DNA of 64,000 nt from Eledone cirrhosa (lineage: Eukaryota), in contig OZ024755.1 in NCBI GenBank assembly GCA_964016885.1, positions 14,322,001 through 14,386,000 on the forward strand. Direction: 5' to 3'. A program made the translations under genes and the position numbers. Under the pieces are notes generated by a model. It was not told where the DNA came from. It worked only from the letters and a program-made list of their open reading frames with translations, and did no database searches. Shown one piece after another: positions 13,448 to 26,727 of this stretch; within the stretch, counting starts at the first letter, position 1, and each line of letters begins with the position of its first letter.

Positions 13448-13631
13448 ATCAATATCTTGCCAATATGCAAACTAAAAATCTCTTGTATTTTTAATAATAT
13501 GTCTGTTAATGTACAGGTGCACAGAAGTACTAAATTTTCATATACTGTCTTTAACATCGCTTCTGCTATGCTGTGTTGTTGCTTTTGAATGTACTTGTAT
13601 TTTGCATTATATTAATTGATATGGTATGAAG

Positions 13632-13956
13632 TTATCTCTTGTATGTACTACCATTGAAGCTTAGAACAATATATACATTCCTGAAGATACGTAAGCGGCG
13701 GACGGATACCGCGTATATATCATAGTAGGTCCCGTCATCATACAGTGAAACATATGTAGAATTAAAATTATGTTTTAAATATAACTTGGATATTTCATCT
13801 CCATTTATTAATTTTTGAGCTCTGCAGCCTGTGGCCAAACAGTCTGCAGCAGAATCTACAACGACTGAGAACATCCTCAGCCTTTTTTTAATTACTGCTG
13901 GATCAAGGAAACTGGGTAACATAGAGCTTCTCTCATCTTTACCAGGCTCTATATTT
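13632..13956 (-). CDS. Unassigned ~108-codon open frame or terminal-exon-like segment (NIEPGKDERSSMLPSFLDP...FNGSTYKR*)
   Basis: Stop-free, non-repetitive, protein-like frame with possible AG acceptors at 13957 or 13949. The ORF track's N-terminal extension is microsatellite. Homology not established. Confidence 0.35.
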
Positions 13957-14013
13957 CTATATTGGTAAACTCCAAACCATACACACGCACACGCATACAC
14001 ACATACACACATA

Positions 14014-14355
<342 letters not shown>

Positions 14356-14990
14356 TGAGGTTATATATATATCTTGATCTATATTTATTCTTGTATTCCG
14401 TTCTTTCGTTTATGATAGAATTTCATCAATCATCCGAGTTTGGTTTTTTGCTTTTCCCTTCCAGCTAGTGTTTTCTTCAGTGATGTTTGCATGAAAGTTG
14501 TAATTATTTCATTTTTATTCTTCTATTTGTTCTTGATTTTAGAACTTTTGTATTTCTTTCTCATTGTGTAAATATTTCCTACTTGTTTCGTATTTCTATG
14601 TATATCTGTTGTGATCTGTTTGTATTCTGTCTGGTTTAGCTAGTTTAACTTTAATTGTTCTCGTCTTTTAGCCATTTTCATTGTCTTAAGTTTGTAATTT
14701 AATTACAAACTCTATTATAGTCTGACTTGATATCTCTTTACTCAAGGGTATGTTTTTACAAGTTTCAAATACTTTCTAAACTGTTTATTTACCAATATAT
14801 TGTCTATCTTATTTCCTGTGTCACTTGTACTCTTCCTTGTGTATAGTTTTGTTCGCTGTTGATGGAATAAAGTATTATTAAGCGATTTATTAAACCAGGT
14901 ACACTGATTTCAATACTTAATAAGTTCTTGCCAGTTTGATTAAATAATTTACTGATAGTAATATCTAACCAGAACAACGTAATTATCAAG
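14356..14990 (-). mobile_element. 5' continuation of the RTE LINE split by the 12680-14355 insertion
   Basis: AKNQTRMIDEILS*TKER (W-I-T-D-E-I-L-type motif) is the region that lies just upstream of the KSKEMYDKI segment at 12600-12660. Confidence 0.65.
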
Positions 14991-15969
14991 CAAACTTCCT
15001 AACCACACAAACATATCTGCACCCGTACGTGTAGGTGAACAGTCGTTACAGAACTGTTTATTTAAAAATATTTGTATTTATCTAAAAGCATCCAATCATA
15101 ATTTTATATAAGAACCTTTAAGTTAGGCTCAAATAGTAAAAGAATAATGAAAATAATTTGAAAATCACAAGCAGTGAATTTCATTAGAAATATGGTCAAA
15201 AGTGTTAAGGATGGCAAAATATTCGGTCTCTACCGGTATGGGGATATGTGAGAGAGGGAAGATGTAAGTATTAGAAATCATCTAAGAAGATAGCTTCAAA
15301 AAGAGGATAGAGTAATGTTTTCTAGATATTGGATAAGAGAATGTTTTTAATTGATGTATAAGATAGTCGAACGAGTAGTGGTGGTTCGACGAGTTTGGAG
15401 AGCAGAGACATAAGGTAGATGTAGAGGGGCGATGTAAAGAGCTTTAATATTTTTGATACCAAACCGCCATTGGTTTTACGTTAGAAAACTGTTTATTTTA
15501 AAGTGTTTATATTTATCTAAAAGTCTTCCATCATAATTTTATTTAAAAAAACTTTTAATTTCAAACACCAACTTAATAGCGAGAAAGTTATTACTAACTC
15601 CCTCACTAAATTCTTGATTTTCAAAATTATTTGAAAATCTTGATGGTATCTTTCATAAGAAAAATATGGCAAAGAAAGAGTTAACTAACAGGGAAATCGC
15701 CAAGAATTCTTTTTGGTTTCATTTTAGCTCCTCAATATAGTAATATACTGAAGACTTGCTATAATGACAGACAAGTGGTTGAGATTTGTTAATACCCAGG
15801 TGACTGGCATACATCGTCTATGCAAAAAAAAGACAAAGAAACAAAAAACAAAACAATTAAAATGCGTTAAAGTACGCTGTCAACAGAAGATTGACTAAAA
15901 AATAACAATCACCACCACAATATGAAACATTAAAGTACGTTGTCAATACTTTAAAATTAATCCCAGTAA

Positions 15970-16243
15970 GTGAAAACAGAGGGGAAAAAACAGGCAACAA
16001 CAACAACGATAGCAACGGCAACAATGATAGCAATAACAACGACGATAACAATGACAACAACGACAGGAACAACAGCAATGACAACAATAACAACAGCAAG
16101 AGTAGCAAAAACATCAACGACGACGGCGGCAACAGCAACAAGAACATTAGCAACACAAATGCAGATAAAACAAGCAATACAGCAACACAGCCTCTCCCCC
16201 ACTAAAAAAACAACAAAAAAACACAAAAACAAAACAAAACGAA

Positions 16244-16275
<32 letters not shown>

Positions 16276-16345
16276 CAATACAACTACAACACAGAAATAT
16301 AGATAAAACGAGCAATATAGCAGCAGCAACAACAACAACGATAGC
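15970..16345. repeat. Degenerate (ACA/AAC)n low-complexity tract
   Basis: Triplet-degenerate repeat; source of the Thr-rich and Leu/Val-rich pseudo-ORFs. Confidence 0.85.
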
Positions 16346-16614
16346 AGCCTAAGCTAATCCTTCACTGATGAGTTGCTTACATTTGAACGCTTAATATATA
16401 AAAGCTGGTTTTAGCTGGAAGTAAAAGACTTTCCAGCACATCTAAACATAACCTTCTTTCATTTAATCTGACATGACTTTCACCGAGAACAAAATACTAG
16501 AAACTTCCATTGTTTCCTTTTCCGCCATTTTCTACAAATATTTTCCCCAGTCTTTTTACTTTATTTGTATTTATTATTAATCCAAACGACCTTATCTTGT
16601 TTCGTGTGACACAA

Positions 16615-16660
<46 letters not shown>

Positions 16661-19600
16661 AATAATGTGTGTATATAAAACCATATGTATGCATGTTTGT
16701 GTATATATATACACATATATGTGTGTATGTATGTTTGTATATATATGCATGTATTTGTGTGTGTGCATATATGACTATATGTATGTGTGTATACACACAC
16801 ACACCACACACACACCACACATATATATATATATATATTTATATACATGTTTCTATTTCTCTCTCTGCTTACAAACAATTTACTTAAGCTTCTCTTTTTT
16901 CTTCTCTCAACATCTTGTTTCGTATTCGCTTCGTTTGTTTCATGTTCGTCTTTTTGTGGTAGACGCCAATTTGAATAGAATTGTATTGTGCATTTAACAT
17001 GGTGCTGAGTAGCAATAACAAGCTCAGGGCTGTATGACAGAATGCTTCTTTTCTTTCTTCTGTATCTGCGTCTTTCTTTTTTTCTTCATGTATCATTTTT
17101 TCTGTTTTTGCTTTATTGTTGTTGTTGTTTTTCTTTTTCTTCTTTTTCTTTTTTTCTTTTCTTTCTTTCTTTTTCTTCTTTTTCCGACGTGTTCAGTAGT
17201 TTTCTCTCGTTTTCTCCCGTCTGAAGATAACCAGAAAAATAAAACTGTTAACAGCTATATAACACGAGAGTAATAGAAAGACAAAAAACATAAACATAGC
17301 TGATAGAGAAGAAAGAGCAAACATAAAAATATATAAAACAAATAAAAAGCAATAAAAAAAGACTTAGAGAGAGAGAGCGGGGGAAAAAGAATGTAAGGAA
17401 GGAATGGAAAAGAAGAAAAAGTGGAGAGAGCTATGGGCAGAAAGATAGCTACTTTAAAAAAAAAAAAAGAAAAAAAGGATGTTGAAAGAAAGGAATAGGA
17501 TAGCGGGTGGAAGGGAAGAGAGGAATGAACATGGAGAGGGACAAAGAAAGAGGAGAGAGAGAAAGAAGAGGACAGATAGATAGAAAGATAAGTGAGGATC
17601 GGAAAAGGAGAGGAAAAGATGAAAAAATATATAGACAAAGTATGTGAGAAAGATGAACAGATATATAGATAGATAGATAGCGATAGGGTCAGTTGTGGTT
17701 GTTAGATTCAGACACACGCCCATACACATACCAACACATACACATATTTAATGTTATTTTGCCTGAACCGAAGGCCGCTTGCGGTAGACAACTAAAACTA
17801 TTTTTTAATGAGCAAACTAATAACGATATTATTTTTGCTCGATGTTATAAGCGATAAAATAATATTCTTTATATTTACTCTCCTTCATCTTTCCACCAAA
17901 TTTTCCTATTGTATTTTTTCTCCAACATTTTATTTTATCGCTCTCAATTATTTTGCGCCCGTCAGTTTTTGCTTTGTGGTTTAACATTCCCCGCCTTCCC
18001 TCGCAAATATTTGTTTGCTTTTTCTCTATTTTCTTTTCCCAGCTACCTTATTTTTTTAATATTTTCCACTCCTGTTCCTCTTTCTTCTTCAGTGATCAAT
18101 TTTTTTTTTTTTACTATGAATTTATTATTTCAATCTCTCATTTTGCTTTCTAACAATATTCTATTTTATTTTTCCTCCTTAAATTTCTCTTATGTATATT
18201 CGCTCAATATTTTTCTCTCACCAATATTTATTCCAATATCCCCCCCCCCCCTAACAACCCAACATTCTTTTTCTTTTATTGCCATTCCACCGCCATTTTA
18301 TTTACATTTATTTTTTGTTGCTCTTCTTTTCTCCTAACTACATATGTCAATTTACTTGACCTAAGTTGATAGACATACACGCACAAAACACACACAAATA
18401 CACACACGTATGAAGATATATAAATTGGCCATTTTTACCATTATTCCAAACCGGATTATAAGACAAAGCTTCGAAACTAGCAATTAGGTATGATTGATTC
18501 AAAGGGGGCTAATCAGTGTGTACGTTTATCAGACTGTCTGTTAAACCAACAGTTACGATCTCTTTTGTTCGTGTAAATTCAGCTACAATGTAAACATTTA
18601 ATTTGTCCTACTCACTGGTGTATACAATTTTCATTAGGCCACCGGGCTTAAGGGTCTTGTTCAAATTTAAGGTTACTTATTTACGGTCTGACGCTAAGAA
18701 AATTCCATGCATTTTTGCAATGTATATAAGCAGCAGGAATTTCGATAGAGTAGTAAACTTGATACTTAAGCGTAGGAGGAAATGATTTTACTATGCATTG
18801 GAAGGAGATAGATAGATAAATAGATAAAGAAAGAGATAGTAGAGGCAGAGATAATGAAAAGGAGATAAGTACACAGCAAATCAAGCGAAGAAAAGTGAAG
18901 AACTGTACTTAAATGAACTTGTGAATATTAGATAGAAAACTAAAAGTAGGTGAAGATTATGTCATTTTCAGGACTAGAAAATACTGGAATATTCGGAACG
19001 ACCGAAATAATAAACAAATAAAAAATATTTCGAATGTCATGAAGGTTGGAGTAGTTTGGATGGTATTTAGCACTGAACATCGTACACATATTAGAGGCTC
19101 AGTGTAAACATCACTAGAACAAAGTAGGTCAAACAACAACAGCAACAACCAAATAAGTTAAAAAACAATAAAATGACAGCTAGAAACATCACTAGATCAA
19201 ACAAAATAGATTAACATTAAGAAACAACCACAAACATATTTATAGTGACACAGAACGAATCAGCTGAACACTCATGTAAGTTCAATTAATGCTAATTTAT
19301 GATGAACAGCTAATTAACTGTGAAACATATCAAAGCAATCTCTTATGTTTTCTCTGGAGGAAGAGAGTAACAAAACGCTTTTCTCATCGAAGTTTATAAG
19401 GTCTAAACTAGTTATACCTATTTAGAGCGACTGCACAAGAGGATCTAAGTACTCTTACGGAAAAAAGAAGTAGCCAATGACTATTTCTGTGTCCCATCAC
19501 CTGCCTTTTCCTATTGGATGTTAAAGTGTTGAGCTATTGATATCACTTCATACATAGTTCCTCCTACATAGTCGTCCTGTACAAAGGTTAGTCACAAGAC

Positions 19601-19872
19601 ACCAATCATCCAGGTTCTGTGTCCAATCACCTGCCTTTTCTTATGTGATGTTAAGCTGTTTTAAGTATTCTGCCAGTAGTTGTGACTGGTAGATAGTATC
19701 AGCAATCGGAAAGACCAATGGAAATATTGTTTCCTTGGCCCGATCTGACGGAATCCAAGCTGGAGAATTTGAACTGAAAAATGTAAAGAACCAGGGTCAT
19801 ATAGTGCCCTATACATCCGAAAGGTATGATAGGATTTTCATTTCATGTTCCTTTTCACATATGAGACCCAAC

Positions 19873-20206
19873 TGTTAGGAACAAGTCTCGTCCTTCAGAG
19901 AATGAATTCAAAGAGTCTGTTTTATACATATATTAGAAATAACAAGAACTGAAACTTATTTATTAATAGAGAAAATAAGGTCAGTATTCTGTCAATATTT
20001 CTAATTTACCCTTGATATAATATATCAATCGCACACAAAGAATAATCTGTCCTTTTTCTGTGGAATAACTCACACGGAACTATAGCGAATTTACTGAAAT
20101 AAAAAAAAGAATATATATTTATGTAGATTTTCATAATAATTATACACGTATGTGTATAAAAAGTCTCTTTGAATTCACTCTATCAAGACAAGACTTGTTC
20201 CTAACA
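19873..20206. mobile_element. MITE with TGT...ACA termini and ~60-bp TIRs
   Basis: TGTTAGGAACAAGTC...GACTTGTTCCTAACA (15 bp perfect), with imperfect pairing to about 60 bp. Confidence 0.7.
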
Positions 20207-20559
20207 AAGAAACAAAGCTTTATCACTAGGACGTAGGTAGTATCAACTGCTCAGAATACGATTCTAATCTGTAGATAAGTTTTACATCCTTTCACTGATC
20301 CCCTTATAGATTGGAATTTCAGAATATCCGTTTAGATGCTTAAATACACAATGAATATTGTGAAGGTGTGTAACTTAATGGTTAGGATGTTTGGTTTAAA
20401 ATCGTAAGGTCGTGAATTCAACTGAAAATAAATCGAGATACGGCATCACTGGTTCCACGCTCTATCGACCTTTGTTTCTCTCTTGGACAACATCAGTGGC
20501 GTAGAAAGTGGGATGTGTATGGGCAACTGTTGGTCTTTCATCAAATCAACTTGCCCAGG

Positions 20560-21150
20560 TTGAATGTATGTACTGTAGTGTCTATGTTGGTGGTTGTGAT
20601 ATTGTTGAAAGTATGTTATTGCAGTGTTTATATTGGTAGGTGTGGAGCATTCAATTTCTAAAACCTACAGTACATACAACAATACCACAACATAGGCACT
20701 AAAGTACATACTTTCAACAACACCACAACCATTATCACTAGCACAAACACCACAACCACCACCATTATCACTAGCACAAACACCACAACCACCACCATTA
20801 TCACTAGCACAAACACGAAAACCACCGTCGCCAGTACAATACCCTAACCGTAATCACTAGTACACGCAACCATATCACCAGTACAACATCACAACCACTA
20901 TCACTACAGAACATAGTCAACAACACCACAGCCACCAGCACTACAGTACACTCAAGAACACTACAACCACCACCACTGTAGTGAATACATTCAACATCAC
21001 CACAACCACCACCTCTACAGTACATAAATTCAACAACGCCACAACCGCCATCACCAGTACGACACCACAACCACCATCACTATAGTACACTCAACAACAC
21101 CACAACCACCTCCACCTGTACAACACCATAACCACCATCACTGTAGAGTT
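20560..21150. repeat. ACC/ACA-rich minisatellite (33-bp units at ~20720-20815) with an inverted portion at 20560-20640
   Basis: accacaaccaccaccattatcactagcacaaac repeats. Confidence 0.75.
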
Positions 21151-21299
21151 TACATTCAACAAAACAATACTAGACGCATAAAAAAATAACATATTCAACA
21201 AACAAAGTAACATAAAAAGTACAACCCCAATTATGCACCAGAAATAGCCAACCTCATAAACATCAGAGACAACATCAAACAACATACACTAACATCACA

Positions 21300-22950
21300 T
21301 ACAACCGAAATAAAACTCAGCATCAAACAGTTATACAAGGAAATAACCAAAAAAATAAGCCATAGAAACGCACAAAAACAAACAGAAAAATCTGGCAAAC
21401 GTTTGTATCTAATCTAAATGACATGACTAACAGCAAAACACTATATAGAGTAATTCACAACGGGAACGACACACCCTATGTCACAATAACAACCTCAAAT
21501 AATATACTCAAAACTTAATATCAAGCAAACGTCCTTACCAGCCATTTCTCGGAAATTTTGCCAACAAAAACCGCACATAGAAACAGAAAGCACACACCTA
21601 TTTCGACTTATTTTGACCCTAGAAACAATAACAAAATCTAAAAATTCAAACGCACCAGGAACAGACAAATCCAGAAGCAATACACATAAAACATCTATGG
21701 CCTGAAGAAAACTCTAAACGTGATGTGCACTGTCAAATTCTCAGAATCTGACATCATAATCAGAAGTAGACGCTCACAACCCTTCTCTACACTTTGCAGC
21801 TTTCAATTATCAGTTGGGGTCCTGTGGTCGAGTAATGAGCCTTAGTCATTTGTGGGATTTGAAATTAGAACGCGAACTGCCGGAACACTTACCACAAAGC
21901 ATACACAGCTTTAACATACCATCACATACAATCACGACTCTCTCTTACACAACCTTCCTCCGTTTTCCAGACACCCCTACATGAATCGTCTAAACTTGAC
22001 TTCATAACAGACTTAAAGTATCATCCACTGAATTTACTTTCTCACTCACGCATACACAAAACGCCTCCATAAAGATACCACATACAAACACACATACTGA
22101 AGGCAAATCAGGAGTTACATACATAACTAATACACATTCAAGACAATGAATAAAGCAAAACGACACACTAACATAAAGTAATTACAGGCACTACGTGTGG
22201 CCAACAGAAAGAAACAAACGTGGTATAGAAATAATACATTTGATTTATCATGACTATACTAGATCTACTTGGATCTTCAAGCTCTTCACAATCAACTACA
22301 AAGAACAACAAATAGCAAACTTAGCATTATAAAAGTTTGTACTCAGAACCCAGGTCATTCGTTTGAACGTCAGATAGAAGGCTTTGCAGTATTCGTTTCG
22401 GCTCTCTGATTTCAAATCCCGCATAGGGTAACTTTGTTTGTCATCCTTACGAGGTCAATAAAAAAATACCTGTCTAGTACTGGGGTAAATTCTTCCTCTA
22501 TATCTCTTTCTCACTCCCTCACTCTCACTTTCTATCCTTCTCTGGAAGAAATTTGCTGTGTTCAGACCTGGAAAGGGGTGGGCTCCGCCAGGCTTAAAAT
22601 ACCCAAGTAACACCGTATAACACTTAAGACTCCATCAGGAGATACGGGACCATAACATACCATATCTTACCACTCAGAACCCCTCCAAAGATCATCTATA
22701 CAAATATACGAAAAACTGGAAGACTACCTGGGCATGCTAGAGGTCTAGTGTGTTGCCATAGCAAGCTTCATCGAACCACAGTTCCTGTTACTACAGGAAA
22801 TACCACCTTCAAACAGCTATAAACATATACAACATCACAGAAAACTGTTGCACTATTACAACTTAGTTCTAAAAGCACGATATCTCTCATTCAGTCCAGA
22901 CATTAAAAAATACCCAAACAAGCAAATAAATAAATACACAAACAAACAAA
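21300..22950 (+). mobile_element. I-group LINE remnant, heavily decayed and interrupted by SINEs
   Basis: KIWQTFVSNLNDMTNSKTLYRVI and IKVITGTTCGQQKET (LAGTxWG-type motif). Confidence 0.55.
22370..22595 (+). mobile_element. Meta-type SINE with alternative CT-rich 3' tail
   Basis: Tail ctatccttctctg..agaaat...ttcagacctgga...ccgccagg is shared with 51280-51385. Confidence 0.65.
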
Positions 22951-23477
22951 CAAAAAATATACATAGAAATAGTTGCAACATCAATAACTTCTCTAAAATA
23001 TCTATTTGAAATTGAATATCTTGTTCATGTGACTAATACTCTCACATTAACAACTTCGCACGGTTTTTACAAACACTATAGAGTATTCAATACTAAGTAG
23101 AGAAATCGTTTCAAATGTAAAGTCTGCACATAATATATATATTTTAACAAAATCAGATCTAGAAAACTGTTAACATGTTTGTCAATGCAAATGTAAAATG
23201 TCTATGCAAATATTATTATATCATTGTTGAATATATAATATAAATATTTTTTATTCATACAAATATATATATATATATATATATATATGTGTAAAAATAA
23301 AACGATAAGAAATAGAGTGAGTGTAAACTCTACACTCTTGGTTAGACGGCATATCTCAGCGATGTCAGGCGGACAAGATGGCGAAAGCGTTGCCAGTAAC
23401 GCACTGTGGTTGATTTAATCGACTTTCCGTTTCCCTTCAAATTGCTGGCTTTGTGCCTAAATCACAAACCTTGCCAT

Positions 23478-23600
23478 TCTGAGTTCAAATCCCGTCGAGG
23501 TTAACTTTGCCTTTCATCCTTACGGGGTCGATAAAATAAAGTATCAGTAATACACTGGGATAATTGCTGGCCTTGTGCCAAAAGTAGAAACAATTATTAT
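23478..23600 (+). mobile_element. Meta-type SINE (3' part)
   Basis: Close match to the 13330-13447 segment. Confidence 0.85.
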
Positions 23601-23657
23601 TATTAGTAGTATTGTGATAATTCTTTCTAGTAGTGACCATCGACGTCTGTAGTTAAC

Positions 23658-23800
23658 GGGTACTTTATTTTATTGACCTTGGAAGGATGGATAGCAAAGT
23701 TGTCCTCGGAAGAATTTGAAACCAGGGCGTAAAAGACCGTAGCTAAATGCTTCTAAGTATTTTACTCGGCGCTCTAACGCTTCTATTAATCCACCACTCA
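23658..23800 (-). mobile_element. Meta-type SINE
   Basis: ggtactttattttattgaccttggaaggatg..gaatttgaac. Confidence 0.7.
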
Positions 23801-24289
23801 TGTTAAAAATGCATTAAAAAATACCAGAAATAAAAGGAAATTGCAAACAGTTTATTATTTTTTTAATTATTACTTCAGTTAAGATATCTTTCATACTAAC
23901 CATTTGTGAGATAACCATCACATAGTACATCATACTACTTACAGTTGTTAAACTCACCAAACTGCAGGTGTAGATATTGATTCAATCTTTCTATGAAGTA
24001 ATTATAGATAAACACGCGTATGTGGATGCATTTGTACACAGGGACATACACACAGTGTCCTTCTCTTTCTCAATGTTCAGAAATATGCCAATGTAGAATA
24101 TACCTCGAGAAGTAGACAAATTTAATTTTATTTCTACAACTTAATTATAAGATATATGGATGATATGAATATATATATATAGACCTAATATTTAGATCAT
24201 TGGTAGAGTAAGTCATATGCAGAAAAATATCAACCGCTGAGAACAAAAGCACATATTCTAAGGTCAAACAGAAAATCTTATTGTCATAG

Positions 24290-24540
24290 ATTCCGTTGGG
24301 CCTCCATCGATTACGCCGACGAGTGTCCTAGTTGTTTTATCAACGGAACAACTGCGCATGAAATTAATGTGCATGTGGCTGAGCATTCCAGAGACACGTG
24401 TACACGTAACGTAATTCCGAGGAAGATTCAGCGCAACACTGTGTCAAAGCTGTCACTATTCTTCACCTAAGTAGACTGGAGCAACGTGAAATAAAGTGTC
24501 AGGTTTAGGAAAGAACACATCACGAACATCCTAACCCTTA
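24290..24540 (-). mobile_element. CORE-type SINE with extended tail
   Basis: ctggagcaacgtgaaataaagtgtc is the reverse CORE; tail shared with 42275-42470. Confidence 0.65.
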
Positions 24541-25499
24541 AAGTACGCGCTTTCCAATATATATTGCATATATGTGGTTTTAAGAAGCGTTGAGCGAGTT
24601 TGGATTATGAAACGAAGTTAATTGTAAGGTGCTGCTATGATGCAGATTTGACTTAAAAAGTCGAAGAGTCTGGGCTTACAAATTCTCAAAGACGGGAAAA
24701 ATGGACAGTCGTTTGCAAGAATCGAACTCACATCTGCCGTATACTGGAAGGCTGCATTACAACAAACATATATACACACATATAGTTTTACACACGCACA
24801 AACATTTATAAACTCACTCACGTATATACATATACAAATATACATGCATATCTGGATGCATTTGTACACACAGGCACATATACAGAGTGTCCTTCTCTTT
24901 CTCATTGTTCAGAAATATGCCAATGTAGAATATACCTCGAGTAGTAGACACATTTCATTTTATTTCTACAACTTAATTATAAGATATATGGAATGAGTGT
25001 ATAGAACGATATGAATTTACTTATATATATATATATATATAGTCACTAATGTATATATGTATGTATTAGATATATACTGATTTATGTATATATGTATGTA
25101 ATACACATACACATATATATATGAATGACTACAGAATTCTAGGAAATGAAGTGGATTTATAAATGATAGAAATAAAAGATTAGGAAAAACGAACACATAT
25201 GAAAGCAAAAATATAGAACACACCAAAAGACATCCTAACGTCAGAATACTTATTTTAGCCATTCAACTTTTAAATGCAATTTAATCGAATGTTGGGGAGA
25301 TTCACAGGAAAATATATATTTAATATATTTTTTTCAATTCGACATTCTTTTACACTTTGATATTGAAAATAATATTTATACTTCAAGTCGTTTGGACTCC
25401 CAATAGTCTGTGTGTGTGTGCGACGTTTATTTTGTAAAGCGCGCACAATCTCAGATACATCCTCCTCATACATTGGCCAACCTCCCTCCCATATGTTCA

Positions 25500-25790
25500 A
25501 TCATCGTAACAGCCTGCTCATGAAATTAACGTGTAAGTGACTGAGCATTCCACAGGTAATTCTCATAGAAATTTACCGTGATGCAATGTGTGACAAATCA
25601 AGCCATTTGAATTAGAGGGAGTGTTTGTCCGACGGGCTTCCGAAGTTTCCGTCTACCCAATTTCATCCAAAAGGTTTGGGTCGACCTGACGCTATGGTAA
25701 ATGACGCTTGCTCCTGATGTCACAATGTGGGATCGACCCCACCATCTAATGATTAAGAAGCTAACTTCTTAACGATAGTCATGCTGCGTT
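25500..25790 (-). mobile_element. SINE, extended-tail family
   Basis: gaaattaacgtgtaagtgactgagcattcc motif plus reverse B-box gggatcgaccc. Confidence 0.55.
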
Positions 25791-25923
25791 CATTATGTGT
25801 ACATAGTCACGTAACTCCTGATTGGATGTGTAGTGGGCATGCTGGCATCGTATTTATTTTCTTCCATCGTTTGTAATTTATGCATATATTGATATATACA
25901 TAAATAAGCATACATGCACACAG

Positions 25924-25978
<55 letters not shown>

Positions 25979-26691
25979 CACATATATATTATATCAAATT
26001 CCACTGACTGGCTAATAACCTTGTCATGACAGCTGGTTGATTGAAAATAGCGAATATAATGTTTCCTTCATTTTGGTCCCTGATATCGAATAATTTTCAA
26101 CAAAGTCCATTAAAAAACTAAATTAATTATATCTCAAGACAGTTCACGTATTGCCAGGTTTTGTTATATAAAGAGTTTGTACTATGTTCGAATTCCGATA
26201 ACATGTTGCAACTATCATTGTGGGTGTACTAGAACTGGACTGTATTTGTCATCAGATAACACGCACTTTTCTATTTGATAGTAGATCAATAAATTACCTT
26301 GCGCCTAATGCTACCCTACATATATATATGGGATAACAAATTATTGTTTTAGGTAATCCTGTCAAAGGTTGTGAGTGCTCTGTACTATGGATAGTTTTAA
26401 CGTACGGTGTTGTTTGACTCAACAAGAGGTTTCCTTAGTTAGTTAGCGAGTTTGCGAGAATTCCCATACAGGTTATTAATGGATTCTCCGATGTATCTAT
26501 AAATACCAGTGTCATGTGTTACACCCGCCAGTATTCCGATGATTTGATTAGAGAGGCACACTGTAGTTGAGTGACGCAACTTCGAGTGATCAGCGGCCTT
26601 TATACACACCTGATCAATGAAACAATTGTTAATACTGTAAATAAAACAATCCCTTTTGTACAGCCGACCATGATATTTTTCACTCTTTCAC

Positions 26692-26725
<34 letters not shown>

Positions 26726-26727
<2 letters not shown>

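Noticed and set aside
15970-16302. Mucin-like Thr-rich ORF
   Set aside because: Degenerate (ACA)n microsatellite with no start or splice context.
24678-24752. Minus-strand exon LPVYGRCEFDSCKR
   Set aside because: Contains gtgagttcgattc, a SINE/tRNA B-box; better explained as a SINE head.
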